A stretch of 40,000 nucleotides of DNA from Prevotella phage Lak-B8. The DNA lies in the sequence record MK250027.1. One strand, 5' to 3'. Both the position numbers and the translations under genes were made by a program. Below the pieces are notes generated by a model. The model made no database searches, was not told the DNA's origin, and was given only the letters and a program-made list of their open reading frames with translations. Shown here one piece after another: positions 10,006 to 20,087 of the stretch; the first letter of the stretch is position 1; every line of letters begins with the position of its first letter.

Positions 10006-10980
10006 TTACCAAAGTGCGGCTGTATAACATAAGTTAGATGTTAATGTAGTATAACCAATAATAGATATAATTCTATTACAAGGTTCAAGAATCATTTTTT
10101 CAAATTGTTTATCATAATCTATTTCAGGTGCATATTCTATTGGATAAGCGCCAGGTAAAAATGCAAAACAATCATAATTTCTATCCTTTGCATAATACCA
10201 CTTAACTTTATCTGCTGTCTTAATAGGATTATACTTTACCTTATATTTCTTATTCTTTGGTTGATTCAAAATAAAGTTAGCAATTCCTGAAGCCTTAACC
10301 TGAATAGGACAATGTTCTCCGAATACCAACTTATTCTTATCATCAAGAACGAACTTTTGATAATTTCCTATTGAACTACCTTTTGAAATCTCTGATGGAT
10401 CTTTAAACATAAACTGTTGTTTATATCCCTTTATTTTCGCAATAATATCTTCATATGGTGGTCTTTCCTTATGTTCCTGATACCAATGCAACATATAACA
10501 TGTAAAGTCTTTTTGACATTCTCTTGCAAATGGTGGTGTAGAACCTTGAACGATCTCAAGTCCCTTATAAACGACTTCTTCCATTTGCTCCAAGAAAATA
10601 TTAGGTTCCTTAAAACACTCTGCCATTGCATAATGTTTCTTTGAAGTCAAGATAGTTGTATCTGCAATTTTCTCTAACTCAAGATTTTGAATATTTACAT
10701 CACAATTATATTTCTTTGCATATTCCTCATATTTCTGTTGCATATATGGTCCACAACCATAATTCCAAAGATCAACAACAAATTGTGCACATTTAGACTC
10801 TGGAATATCAAGCTGTTGACAAATTCTTCCAAATTCTACATATATTGAGTTGTGAGCCAGTATCTCATTTGCGAAGAATGTATGAGTATCATCTACCTCA
10901 ATATCATATACATACTCATCATTAAAATCTTCAAGTTGCTCTATTACATCAATATCCTCTACTTGTATATTGTAATTCAT
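10006..10980 (-). CDS. C-terminal half of a split intein (about 44 aa) fused to the DNA polymerase B C-terminal piece (post-motif C, KxY region, thumb)
   Basis: MNYNIQVEDIDVIEQLEDFNDEYVYDIEVDDTHTFFANEILAHN|SIYVEFGR...ILTSKKHYAMAE. Intein blocks F/G ending in His-Asn before +1 Ser; the extein resumes the (Y/A)GDTDSIYVEF motif. Confidence 0.9.
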   Translation of the reverse strand: MNYNIQVEDIDVIEQLEDFNDEYVYDIEVDDTHTFFANEILAHNSIYVEFGRICQQLDIPESKCAQFVVDLWNYGCGPYMQQKYEEYAKKYNCDVNIQNLELEKIADTTILTSKKHYAMAECFKEPNIFLEQMEEVVYKGLEIVQGSTPPFARECQKDFTCYMLHWYQEHKERPPYEDIIAKIKGYKQQFMFKDPSEISKGSSIGNYQKFVLDDKNKLVFGEHCPIQVKASGIANFILNQPKNKKYKVKYNPIKTADKVKWYYAKDRNYDCFAFLPGAYPIEYAPEIDYDKQFEKMILEPCNRIISIIGYTTLTSNLCYTAALW

Positions 10981-11145
10981 CTTTTTTCTCCTATTATTAA
11001 TTGTGTATTTTCAACATTATTAAAATGTTCTAATATATAATTATATAAATAATTTTTTATATTGTTTTTATATCTTCTCTATCTTTATGTGTTTTATAGA
11101 ATATCCAGTTATCAATAAAATATGGATAAATGAATAACATATTTA

Positions 11146-11532
11146 ATTTATTATTTTTGCATCTTCCCATTTTTGAATATCAGTTTCTGTCCATGTATGA
11201 ATTAATCCATCATAATTATTTTTCGTATTTGTTTTAGAACATTTACTTAAAAAATAATTATACTTATCTTTATCTAATTCTTTATTATATAAACATTTAT
11301 TATGCCAAAATGATCCTTGATACTCTATATATAAATTATACTGTTTTATATAAAAATCACAATTATGATTATATTCTTTTGTTTTATAACATCTTATAAC
11401 ATCATCACCATATAATTCATTTAAAAAAACATATAAAATTTCTTCTTCAATAGATGTATGCTTATTATAAGATTCTGTGACTTTATCTTGTATTTCTGAT
11501 AACTATGAAATATAATCATCATCTATTACCAT
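11146..11532 (-). CDS. Endonuclease-like ORF (128 aa), possibly a homing endonuclease fragment
   Basis: MVIDDDYIS(Q)LSEIQDKV...CDFYIKQYNLYIEYQGSFWHN...WTETDIQKWEDAKIIN. VSR/EDxHD-like D...E...WH arrangement; one in-frame TAG. Confidence 0.55.
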
Positions 11533-11831
11533 ACTAAATTATTATGTTCATTTTCATAATTCTTTTCATTATAACAACACTCATCGAATTTTTTCACTTT
11601 TTCTATATATTCATCTATAATATCAATACCTAAATATTTTGCATATATTATTTTTGCATCTGATATATCACATTTATCATTCATTGTAATACAATTAACA
11701 TTATTATTCAATGCAAAGTATATATCTTTATATGTTGATATTATTTGTTTTAGAAAATATTTTAATAACGTATTATGTTTCTTAAACATATTATTCCTTA
11801 TAATCCTTATTTTTGAACGATAATATATCAT
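11526..11831 (-). CDS. Small ORF between endonuclease-like ORFs (101 aa)
   Basis: Starts ATGA-overlapping the upstream stop; ...DISDAKIIYAKYLGIDIIDEYIEKVKKF. Possibly a fragment of a homing endonuclease. Confidence 0.4.
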   Translation of the reverse strand: MIYYRSKIRIIRNNMFKKHNTLLKYFLKQIISTYKDIYFALNNNVNCITMNDKCDISDAKIIYAKYLGIDIIDEYIEKVKKFDECCYNEKNYENEHNNLVW

Positions 11832-12946
11832 ATTTCAGTTATATCATTTAATTGATCTTTATTATTAATCATCTATATAAGTGATTTTATAGTTCCTTTC
11901 TTATCATTTTTATATGTAGATTCCCAAACTATTATAACCTTGCAATTCAATGTCTGTTGAATATCTTCAATTCTTTCTCTATCATGATTCCATTTATCTT
12001 TAACTGAACGTCCGTTTCTTAATATAAAATAATTTGTTTCATTAGCATTATATTTCTTTGGATTAAAATGATAAAAATCTCCATAAAATTCTATAACAAT
12101 ATTTAATGATTTATCGTAATAATCTACATGATAAAAATTATTATTTAATAACTTAACTGTATATTCTATATAAGTATCATTATCTTTATAATATTCTTTT
12201 AAATGAGAAAATAACTCTAATGATATATTTGACTTATTACCTATTAAATAATATTGTTCTGAACGTTTTTCTACAAATTCATTATATTTTTGTGTTCCAT
12301 CTTCTTTACCGTATTCTTCGATAAAATAATCTAATGTACATGTATATCTCTGACGTTCGATATAAGCATTCCATATTTTTAAACCATCTATTTCACCATG
12401 TCTTTTAATAAGATTTTCCTTTGTTACCGCTCTAGATTTATTGTATTCATCAAATTTATCTTGAGACATACCATATTTTTCATGTTTATATTCATATGTA
12501 TTTGTAACTGATTGTTTATTACAATATGAATTCCATTTTTCTAATCCTATATCTTTTCCATATCGTTTAATCATTTTTTCTTTGGTAACACATTGTCTTT
12601 CTTTTGCTACAGGGTTGAAATCCTTATCAGGTACTCCAAATCCATACTACGTATATTTTGCAGCTTTATGCGCAAATTTAAATTTTACATCTTTAAAATT
12701 TGGAAATTTCTTGCATACACAATCATAACACCTACATAAATGATATTCATTACCATTATAATTTCTAGTACTTAAAAATGATAACTTATTATTATCACAT
12801 ACTATTTTATGTGTTTTTGAGTTTATATGAAATGTACCATTATCATATATAAGAAATTTACCACATTCTTTACAATAACATATTGATGGATCTATATTAT
12901 TATCTTTACAATATTGAACTACGTTCTATTCACTTAAATATTTCAT
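11828..12946 (-). CDS. Putative homing endonuclease of VSR/PD-(D/E)XK type, located between the two polymerase split-intein halves (372 aa)
   Basis: MKYLSE(Q)NVVQYCKDN...YCKECGKFLIY...; repeated YGxxxGxxxWxxYxxR(Q) units; HVDYYDKSLNIVIEFYGDFYHFNPKKY...DRERIEDIQQTLNCKVIIVWEST. Start overlaps the upstream stop (TAATG); ends TGA. Confidence 0.75.
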
Positions 12947-13758
12947 TATCTATCTAATGTTATAATTTTATCAGATTTTTTTATTTCTCTTGCAGGAACA
13001 GATATTAATTCATTATTTCGTATAACCATTATACTATGATCACCTGTAACTATAAGCTCTTTACCGGATTTAGTTTTTAACCTAAACTTATCTTTAGTTA
13101 CTTTATGTCTCATTATATAATTAATCGGTCGTGTAATAGTTTTATAATCATGATCCTTATATGATAATGTATCGTGATTATGTACAGGAATGACTTCAGA
13201 CCCATTTTGTAATTTTATAACAACATCGTCATTTTCATATTTTGCTTTAGTAAAAAAGCCTTCCATTGAAAATACTTTATTATCTATAACTACTTGAGTA
13301 TCAGCAGTTTGCGAATCCGTATCCCCCGCTACAGTTAGTGATTGGTTTCCATCAAGATACGAAAACTCGGGTCCGTCCAACGTACCTGTTTCAGTTGTCT
13401 TACCTTTTGCGATACTTACTCGTTTTGCTTTCTCCGAATCAATACCAAGTTTCTTATGCAATTCTGTATCATTCTGAAATATACCACTGAAATACGCGTT
13501 AACAGAATTCTCAGAATAATGGTTCAAATCCTGACCCTGAAGAGTAATAGACTCTGCAACTGCTGTGTTATGCGCAATGAAATACTTGCTCGCAGTTGCT
13601 CCATAAACACTATTGATAAATTTCTTTAACGCTAGCTGTTTAGTCTCATAAAAATCCCCTAAATTTTTTAATCTTTCTACTTCTTTTTCAAGTTCTTCAA
13701 TACTGCAATTCTCAGGGTCTACTTGGCAAAATTTATAATTCTTATGTTGTTCTTCCAT
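12946..13758 (-). CDS. DNA polymerase B central piece (motifs B and C) fused to the N-terminal half of a split intein (about 122 aa)
   Basis: KQLALKKFINSVYGATASKYF (motif B) ... SLTVAGDTD|SQTADTQVVIDNKVFSMEGF...LIVTGDHSIMVI (intein block B) ... KIITLDR then a TAA stop. The exteins would rejoin as AGDTD+SIYVEF. Confidence 0.9.
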   Translation of the reverse strand: MEEQHKNYKFCQVDPENCSIEELEKEVERLKNLGDFYETKQLALKKFINSVYGATASKYFIAHNTAVAESITLQGQDLNHYSENSVNAYFSGIFQNDTELHKKLGIDSEKAKRVSIAKGKTTETGTLDGPEFSYLDGNQSLTVAGDTDSQTADTQVVIDNKVFSMEGFFTKAKYENDDVVIKLQNGSEVIPVHNHDTLSYKDHDYKTITRPINYIMRHKVTKDKFRLKTKSGKELIVTGDHSIMVIRNNELISVPAREIKKSDKIITLDR

Positions 13759-13847
13759 TTTATTCTAATTAACGATTTAATTATTATACAAATAAAAATT
13801 CTATTTGTTTATTAAAAACATTATTAACAATATTTAATATAAGATAT

Positions 13848-15506
13848 ATGGAAATTACAGATCAAATTATAATAGATAAGTTAACAGTATTTAGACATAA
13901 TAAAATACAATTAAATACATGTAGAATAAAAGAAACATGGTTAAAAGATCATGGTTTATATGAGTATTTAATTAATAGATTTAAAACCATAGATAATATT
14001 CAAGAAATTATATATAGGATATATTATAAATTACCGGATAATTTACAGTTACATTGTAATACTTGTGGTAATGAAATACCTTTACAATTTAGAGGATTCT
14101 TATATGGATATAATCAATATTGTTCTTATAAATGTTCTTTAAATGATCCAAATAAAATACATAAATTAACAAATGTAAAACAAAAAGATGATATAGATGA
14201 TAATTATGTATTGAATTTAATGATTAAAGACAATAGATTAGTTTCAGAATATTGTAAGAATAAAAAACTTAAGCAATTTGGTATATATGATTATATGATG
14301 AATAGATATGACGATTTACAGAAAAATAAATCTATTATTCAAGAAATTATATATAGAATGAAATATCATATAGATAAATCTCCTCGATGTCCAACATGTG
14401 GGAAATATGTTAACTTTTATAGATTTAGTGAAGGATTCAGACATTATTGTTCAAATGAATGTGCAAATAAGAATGAAAATAATGTTAACATAAAATTAAA
14501 TAATAAGCATAAAACTATAGAAAATAAATGGTTAAACCGTGGATATAAAATTAAATATACAGAAAATAAAAATGAATTTCTTGTATATAATCAATGTAAT
14601 TTACATAATCCATTTAAAATTAAAAAATATACATTCTTTAATAGACAAGGAAAAGATATAATTATGTGTCCTATTTGTAATCCTGAAAAAAATATGGAGA
14701 CTTCTATAGAATATAAAATTAGGTTAATATTAGAGAAACATAATATAAAATTTACGCAACATGTTAGGTATATAATATCACCAAGGGAATTAGACTTTTA
14801 TTTACCTGCTTATAAAGTAGCAATAGAATGTAATGGGATTTATTGGCATTCAGGGATAAACGGTAAAAATAGATTTAAAGTTAAATATGAACTATTATCC
14901 AAAACTGATATATAGATGTTAACTTTTTGGGAAGACGATATTCATTATAACATTGATAAGATAGAAAATATCATATTAAGAAGTTGCAATTTAGAAAAGA
15001 AATTATTTTCAAATGATACTGTTATTAGAGAAATAGATATTGATATATGTAAGTCATTTATTAATAATAACTCAATTAAAAAATATATTATATCTAATAT
15101 AAATTTAGGTTTATTTAAGGATGATAAATTATTATTTGTTATGACATTTTCAAATAATAATGATAATAATTATACATTAAATCAAATATGTTATAAAGAT
15201 AATTTATATGTTATAAATTCTGAAAAATTATTATTATATTATTTTTTTAATAATTATAAATTTAATAAATTGATAACATATTGCGATTTAAAAATTGAAA
15301 ATAATAAATTATATGAAAAATTAGGATTCAAATTAAATAGTGATAAATTAAAATTTAATCTGAATTATTATAATTATAGAACAACTGAACATAGAATTAA
15401 TAAGAAAGAAGTTAATCAATTATTGAAATTAGATGATTCTGATTCATTAGAAGATTATATGAAATGTTATTCAGGATATTTAATATATGAGAAAGAGAAT
15501 GTATAA
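13848..15506 (+). CDS. Homing endonuclease, VSR-like, with zinc-binding domains (552 aa)
   Basis: Track ORFs 13848-14915 and 14916-15506 are one frame joined by TAG. CNTCG/CPTCG zinc modules; TSIEYKIRLILEKHNIKFTQHVRYIISPRELDFYLPAYKVAIECNGIYWHS (EDxHD-type). The C-terminal part may be a GNAT-like fold. Confidence 0.8.
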
Positions 15507-15530
15507 TTTAAATTTATATACATTCTCTTT
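15492..15530. terminator. Bidirectional terminator between convergent endonuclease genes
   Basis: AAAGAGAATGTAT...ATACATTCTCTTT with a T-rich flank. Confidence 0.75.
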
Positions 15531-16734
15531 TATTATTTTCTAAATATTCATTTATTATAGTTTTTATTATTTCTATCTTATTGCTCCATATAGGAAGATA
15601 ATTCAGATTATTCATTTTCGCAGTTTGACATTTAAAAGGATCAATGATTGACCAAACATTTACAGCAGATTTATATTGTTTTGATATTTCTGCTTTTTGT
15701 TTCCACTTATTTAATAAATCAATATCATCTTTATTATCTTCATCAAATAAATGTTTCCCATGTGTCCAAAATGCGTTTATCTCTATAAATAAATCTAATG
15801 GTTTTATATAGAAATCTACATGGAATGGATAACGCTCATCAACATTTACATTAAACTATATATCATCTTTATCAAATATTGTTTGTAAATATTCATATGT
15901 TTGATATTCTGGTTTTGACATACCAAAATTATCTTTATATTTTTTCTTTATTGTTTTTACATATTGATCAAACTAATATTGATGAAAATTTTCTAATGAA
16001 CCATATTTTTTAATAACAGTTTCTTTTGTCTTTTCTTTATTATTAAATGTTGGATCCCCATATAATTCTAATTTTGTTTCTTTAATTTTGTTTTTTATTT
16101 CTTCATTTTTTGCAGGGTTATCAACGCCATATTTTTTAATAACAGTTTCTCTTGATTTTTCTTTATTATTATCTGACTAAAAACTATATTTACACCCATA
16201 TTTTTTTAAACATGTATTAATTGATTTCTATTTAACTTCTTCATTCTATCCTGAAAATTCTACACCATATCGTTCTAAATTAGTTTCTTTTGTCTTCTAT
16301 AAATATTCCGATGTTTTTGTATATGATGAAACTCCATATTTTTCTAAACATGTTTGTTTTATTTTATCTTTAACTGATTTTAACTACATTTGATGTTCAA
16401 CACCATATCGTTCTTTTAATGTATTTTTTATTTTATTCTATACATTAACTGAATTCATTACACATCGTGAATTTGAACAAAATTTACGAAATCCTCTACT
16501 ATAACAATTAAATCTCACAGGTTTCCCACATGTTTCACATACTGGTCTTATTTCTATTTTATTTACAATACGGTATATTGTCTCCTATATAGATTCGCTA
16601 TCATTATATCTATTAATTAAATAATCATAAATATCTTGATGTTTATTTAACCAAGATAATCTTGTATAATTTTTTGCTAACTAATTCTTTTTTGTTATAA
16701 ATTTTTCTTTTATGTAGTCATCATTAATAATCAT
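15514..16734 (-). CDS. Homing endonuclease with ERYGVE-type repeats and a VSR-like nuclease domain (406 aa); absent from the supplied ORF track
   Basis: With TAG=Q: MIINDDYIKEKFITKKN(Q)LAKNYTRLSWLNKHQDIYDYLINRYNDSESI(Q)ETIYRIVNKIEIRPVCETCGKPV...LKERYGVEHQM(Q)LKSVKDKIKQTCLEKYGVSSYT...HVDFYIKPLDLFIEINAFWTHG... Many in-frame TAGs; ends TAA. Confidence 0.85.
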
Positions 16735-16825
16735 ATCTAATAATAAATTATTATTATTTTTAATTATATAAAAAATGAGGTAAATAGTTTTTAACAGAAT
16801 TAAAACTATTTACCTCATTAATATA

Positions 16826-17563
16826 TTAATTAATACTTGCTTCTTTTATAGGATCTTCATCATTATCATTTTCATCTGAAATACCCATTGTTTCCTCTAA
16901 ATCTTTAACATCATCAAATGCAGATTGATCTGGTAATTGGAACATTGGGTGAATAACATGCTCATTTATATAATCAAGATATTCTGGTGTAAATACCTTA
17001 TCAGACCAAAATTCAGTAAAAGGAACTTGTTCATTAAGATGTTTTACTACAATATACCTTGCTGTATCTTTCGGTAAACAATAATGTGTTTCACCATCAT
17101 CTGTTGTCCATGTATATACTTTCTTTTTATCTGAATCTGATAATTTATCATATTCTTTTTGCGTAAGTAAATTTCCTCTACAAACACCTGAATTGTCCCA
17201 TGTCATAAATTGTTCCAAACCAACATATGGGTTAGGTTTTTTAAAATATGGAATTTGAAATTTCACTTTAATTGGTCTGCAAAAACGAGACTTAACTGGT
17301 TTTGCTGTAACTAAAACACCATTCTTTGTACCTGCATCAGAACCTTGTCTTGATTTTGCAGCTGAATCATTCTCTTTATCTTCCAGTTTAGCAGCACTTA
17401 ATTCAATTGTAATTGATGCATTATATACAATACCTGAATTATGATTTATAATACCATTTGCAGAAACATAATTATGTGTGTCTTTAACTGTTAAATCTAT
17501 TACATCCTCACTTAATTCTGACTATATCTTCTTTACAATCTTTAACTTTCTATATTTCATCAT
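16826..17563 (-). CDS. uvsX: C-terminal half of a split intein (about 41 aa) fused to the UvsX/RecA-like recombinase C-terminal piece
   Basis: MKYRKLKIVKKI(Q)SELSEDVIDLTVKDTHNYVSANGIINHN|SGIVYNASITIELSAAKLEDKENDSAAKSRQGSDAGTKNGVLVTAKPVKSRFCRPIKVKFQIPYFKKPNPYVGLEQF. Intein C-terminal HN before Ser. Confidence 0.85.
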
Positions 17564-18890
17564 TTATATATTGCGTTATTTTTTTATATTCTAAATATTT
17601 AAAAACTGTTTCTGAAATTCTAACAATACCTAATACATTATTATCTATTAATAAAATATCATTATCTCTTTGCTTATCCAATTCTTCCTAATGAAATACA
17701 CCTTGTCCACCATCATATTCAAATATAATTATTTTACCTTTATATTCTAAATACCCATCACATGCATAAAATATTTTATTTCGTGTTTTATCTGATATTT
17801 CATCTGGAATTATTACTATATATGGTTTATGAATGATTTTCTTATCGATATATTTTTGTAAAAATTCAAAACATCTATTTTCTGATTCTGATATATTTGT
17901 CATCCAGCCACCTTTTATTTTACATAAAAAGTTATCACTATGTTTCCAATTTTTCCAAATATTTTTTGCTAAATTTGATTGTAATTCTTTTTTCTTTAAA
18001 TAATCTTCATATGATTTATAACCTTTATATTCCTCACATGATGGATTAATTTCATGCACTTTTAATTTAGCTTCATCATCAGAATATCCTAACTTCTTCC
18101 AATAATTAAACGTCCATACACTATGTTCTTTTGCATAATATGAAGCTTTCTTTTTTGCATCCTCTATAGTTAGCCCTAAATTTAACCAATATTTTGTTGT
18201 GCTTTTAGAACATGTTGAATTATTCTATTGAACTTTACTTACTTCTATTTTTGCGTCTTCTAATGTATAACCTTTATTTAACCAATATTCAACACAACGC
18301 GGTGATCTATTTTTATTTAATTCTCGTATAATTGATTCTGCTTCAGTATCACTATATCCTCGTGCTAAATAAAACGATTTACTACTTTTAATATATCCTT
18401 TATTCTACTTATCAGGATAATATTGTTTACACCAAATCATTAACTAATCATTAATATCTCGTTCTGTTATAAAATCAGAAAATGTTATGAAATTTATAAA
18501 TCTTTTAATAAAAGAAATATTATTCAAATTAAATGAATATTTATTATCTTTAATGAATGAATTAAATATATCATCTTTATTAAAATATACAACTGTCTTT
18601 TTATACTTATTTAATATAATTTTTTTATATTCATCAAATGAATATCCTCTAACATCCCAATATAAAAATGTTGTATTTTTATGTTTATTTGTAATATTCT
18701 TTAAATAATTTAATAATATATCTATTATTTCTTGAGAGCCATATACTTTATTTTCGCTAAATAACTATTGTAACTTATTAATATACTATGTATTATTTGT
18801 ATTAATATTAAAATTATAAAACTTATTATATTTGTTTATAAACTATATAAACTCATTTATATCAAATACATTTATTTCTACTTTTTTCAT
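17508..18890 (-). CDS. Putative homing endonuclease between the UvsX split-intein halves (460 aa); mostly absent from the supplied ORF track
   Basis: TAG=Q ORF with repeated (F/Y)W-x-xx-G(Y/L)-xx-(E/D)(D/E)A units (YWLNKGYTLEDAKIEV, YWLNLGLTIEDAKKKA, YWKKLGYSDDEAKLKV) and YACDGYLEYKGKIIIFEYDGGQGVFH(Q)EELDKQRDNDILL (PD-(D/E)XK-like). Ends TGA inside the next ORF. Confidence 0.7.
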
Positions 18891-18985
18891 ATTAAACATT
18901 TCAAATTTTTGATTATTTTATACCTTATAATATTTATTCATATATAAAGTAAAAATAATCAAAAATTAAAAAATATTTTATGGTA

Positions 18986-19960
18986 TTATTCAGAAATTGC
19001 ATAAATTTCATCATTTTCATTTAATTCTGAAACTATTTTCCATGAGCTATCCAACTCTGGTTTATCAGGATTAATAAGAAATCTATGTGTATTTGAACAT
19101 GTAATAGTCTCTCCATTATCAAATGTAAATGTATATGTCGGTTTTTTAAAATGCCAAAGTTTCTCTACATCATGATATTCACCATCATGTGACAATACTT
19201 TATCTCCAACAACAACATCTTTCATTTGTTTAATTCCATTATTTGTAATAATTTTTTCATCTGGTCGTAAACAACCCATTGCTTGTATATTCTGAGGAAT
19301 AAATGACATAGATTGATATACATGGTTCACTACAATCCAAGGAATTTGCAATTTTGCAATTGGAGTAGCACAAACTCTAAACATTGCTTTAGTATCTTTT
19401 GCTTTTGTAAAATCTGCTTTTTGTGAACCTGACAATGTATCTTCACGTTCCTTTTCAGATGTTAAATTTCCGAGAGAATCCAATACAATAATAACTTTAT
19501 CATGTTGACCATACTTATCTTGTTGTTCTTGCAATTTATCACATAAATTTGCAATAAATTGGCTTGTCTCCATAATTGTATTAACTTTTTTAATAATTAA
19601 TTTAGATGGATCTACTCCAAGACGCCTAACAAAATCAGAATCTATTGCACCTTCAGAATCAAGATAAATTGGAATATAACCTAATTTTTGAGCTTCCCTA
19701 CAACATGAACATGCTAAAAAAGATTTACCAGCGCCAGATGTACCCGAGAACGTTACAACTCTACCAGTCGGTATTGCTTTATAAATATCACCTGAACAAC
19801 ATGCATTTAAAATATAATTACCTGTTGAAATCCATTCTTTTATATTTGAATACGCTGAATCTGCAATAATTTCAGCTTGATCATCTATACTACTTACCAT
19901 TGACATTAATGAACCAATACCACCTTCAAAATCTTCGCTTGACTACTTTTTCTTTGCCAT
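18986..19960 (-). CDS. uvsX: UvsX/RecA-like recombinase N-terminal piece fused to the N-terminal half of a split intein (about 95 aa)
   Basis: MAKKK(Q)SSEDFEGGIGSLMSMVSSIDD...GRVVTFSGTSGAGKSFLACSCC (Walker A)...KVIIVLDSLGNLTS (Walker B)...QNIQAMG|CLRPDEKIITNNGIKQMKDVVVGDKVL...ITCSNTHRFLINP...EIYAISE then TAA. Confidence 0.9.
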
Positions 19961-20087
19961 AATATTAAATTACGTTAATTTTTATTTTATATATTATATA
20001 TGTTTTTTATTAATTTGTTTAGAAAATAATAGCATCTAAAATTAATTTCTAATCTTAGATGCTATCTTATATTTAAGCTATAATAAA

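Noticed and set aside
10417-10644. + and extra - frame ORFs (10417-10644, 10431-10631)
   Set aside because: Overlap the polymerase C-terminal piece in other frames; compositionally non-protein-like.
13342-13629. + strand ORF of 95 aa
   Set aside because: Antisense to polymerase motif B/C region; shadow ORF.
18487-18708. + strand ORF of 73 aa with hydrophobic stretches
   Set aside because: Antisense to the TAG-readthrough endonuclease between the UvsX intein halves; hydrophobicity is expected from reverse complement of Lys/Asn-rich sequence.
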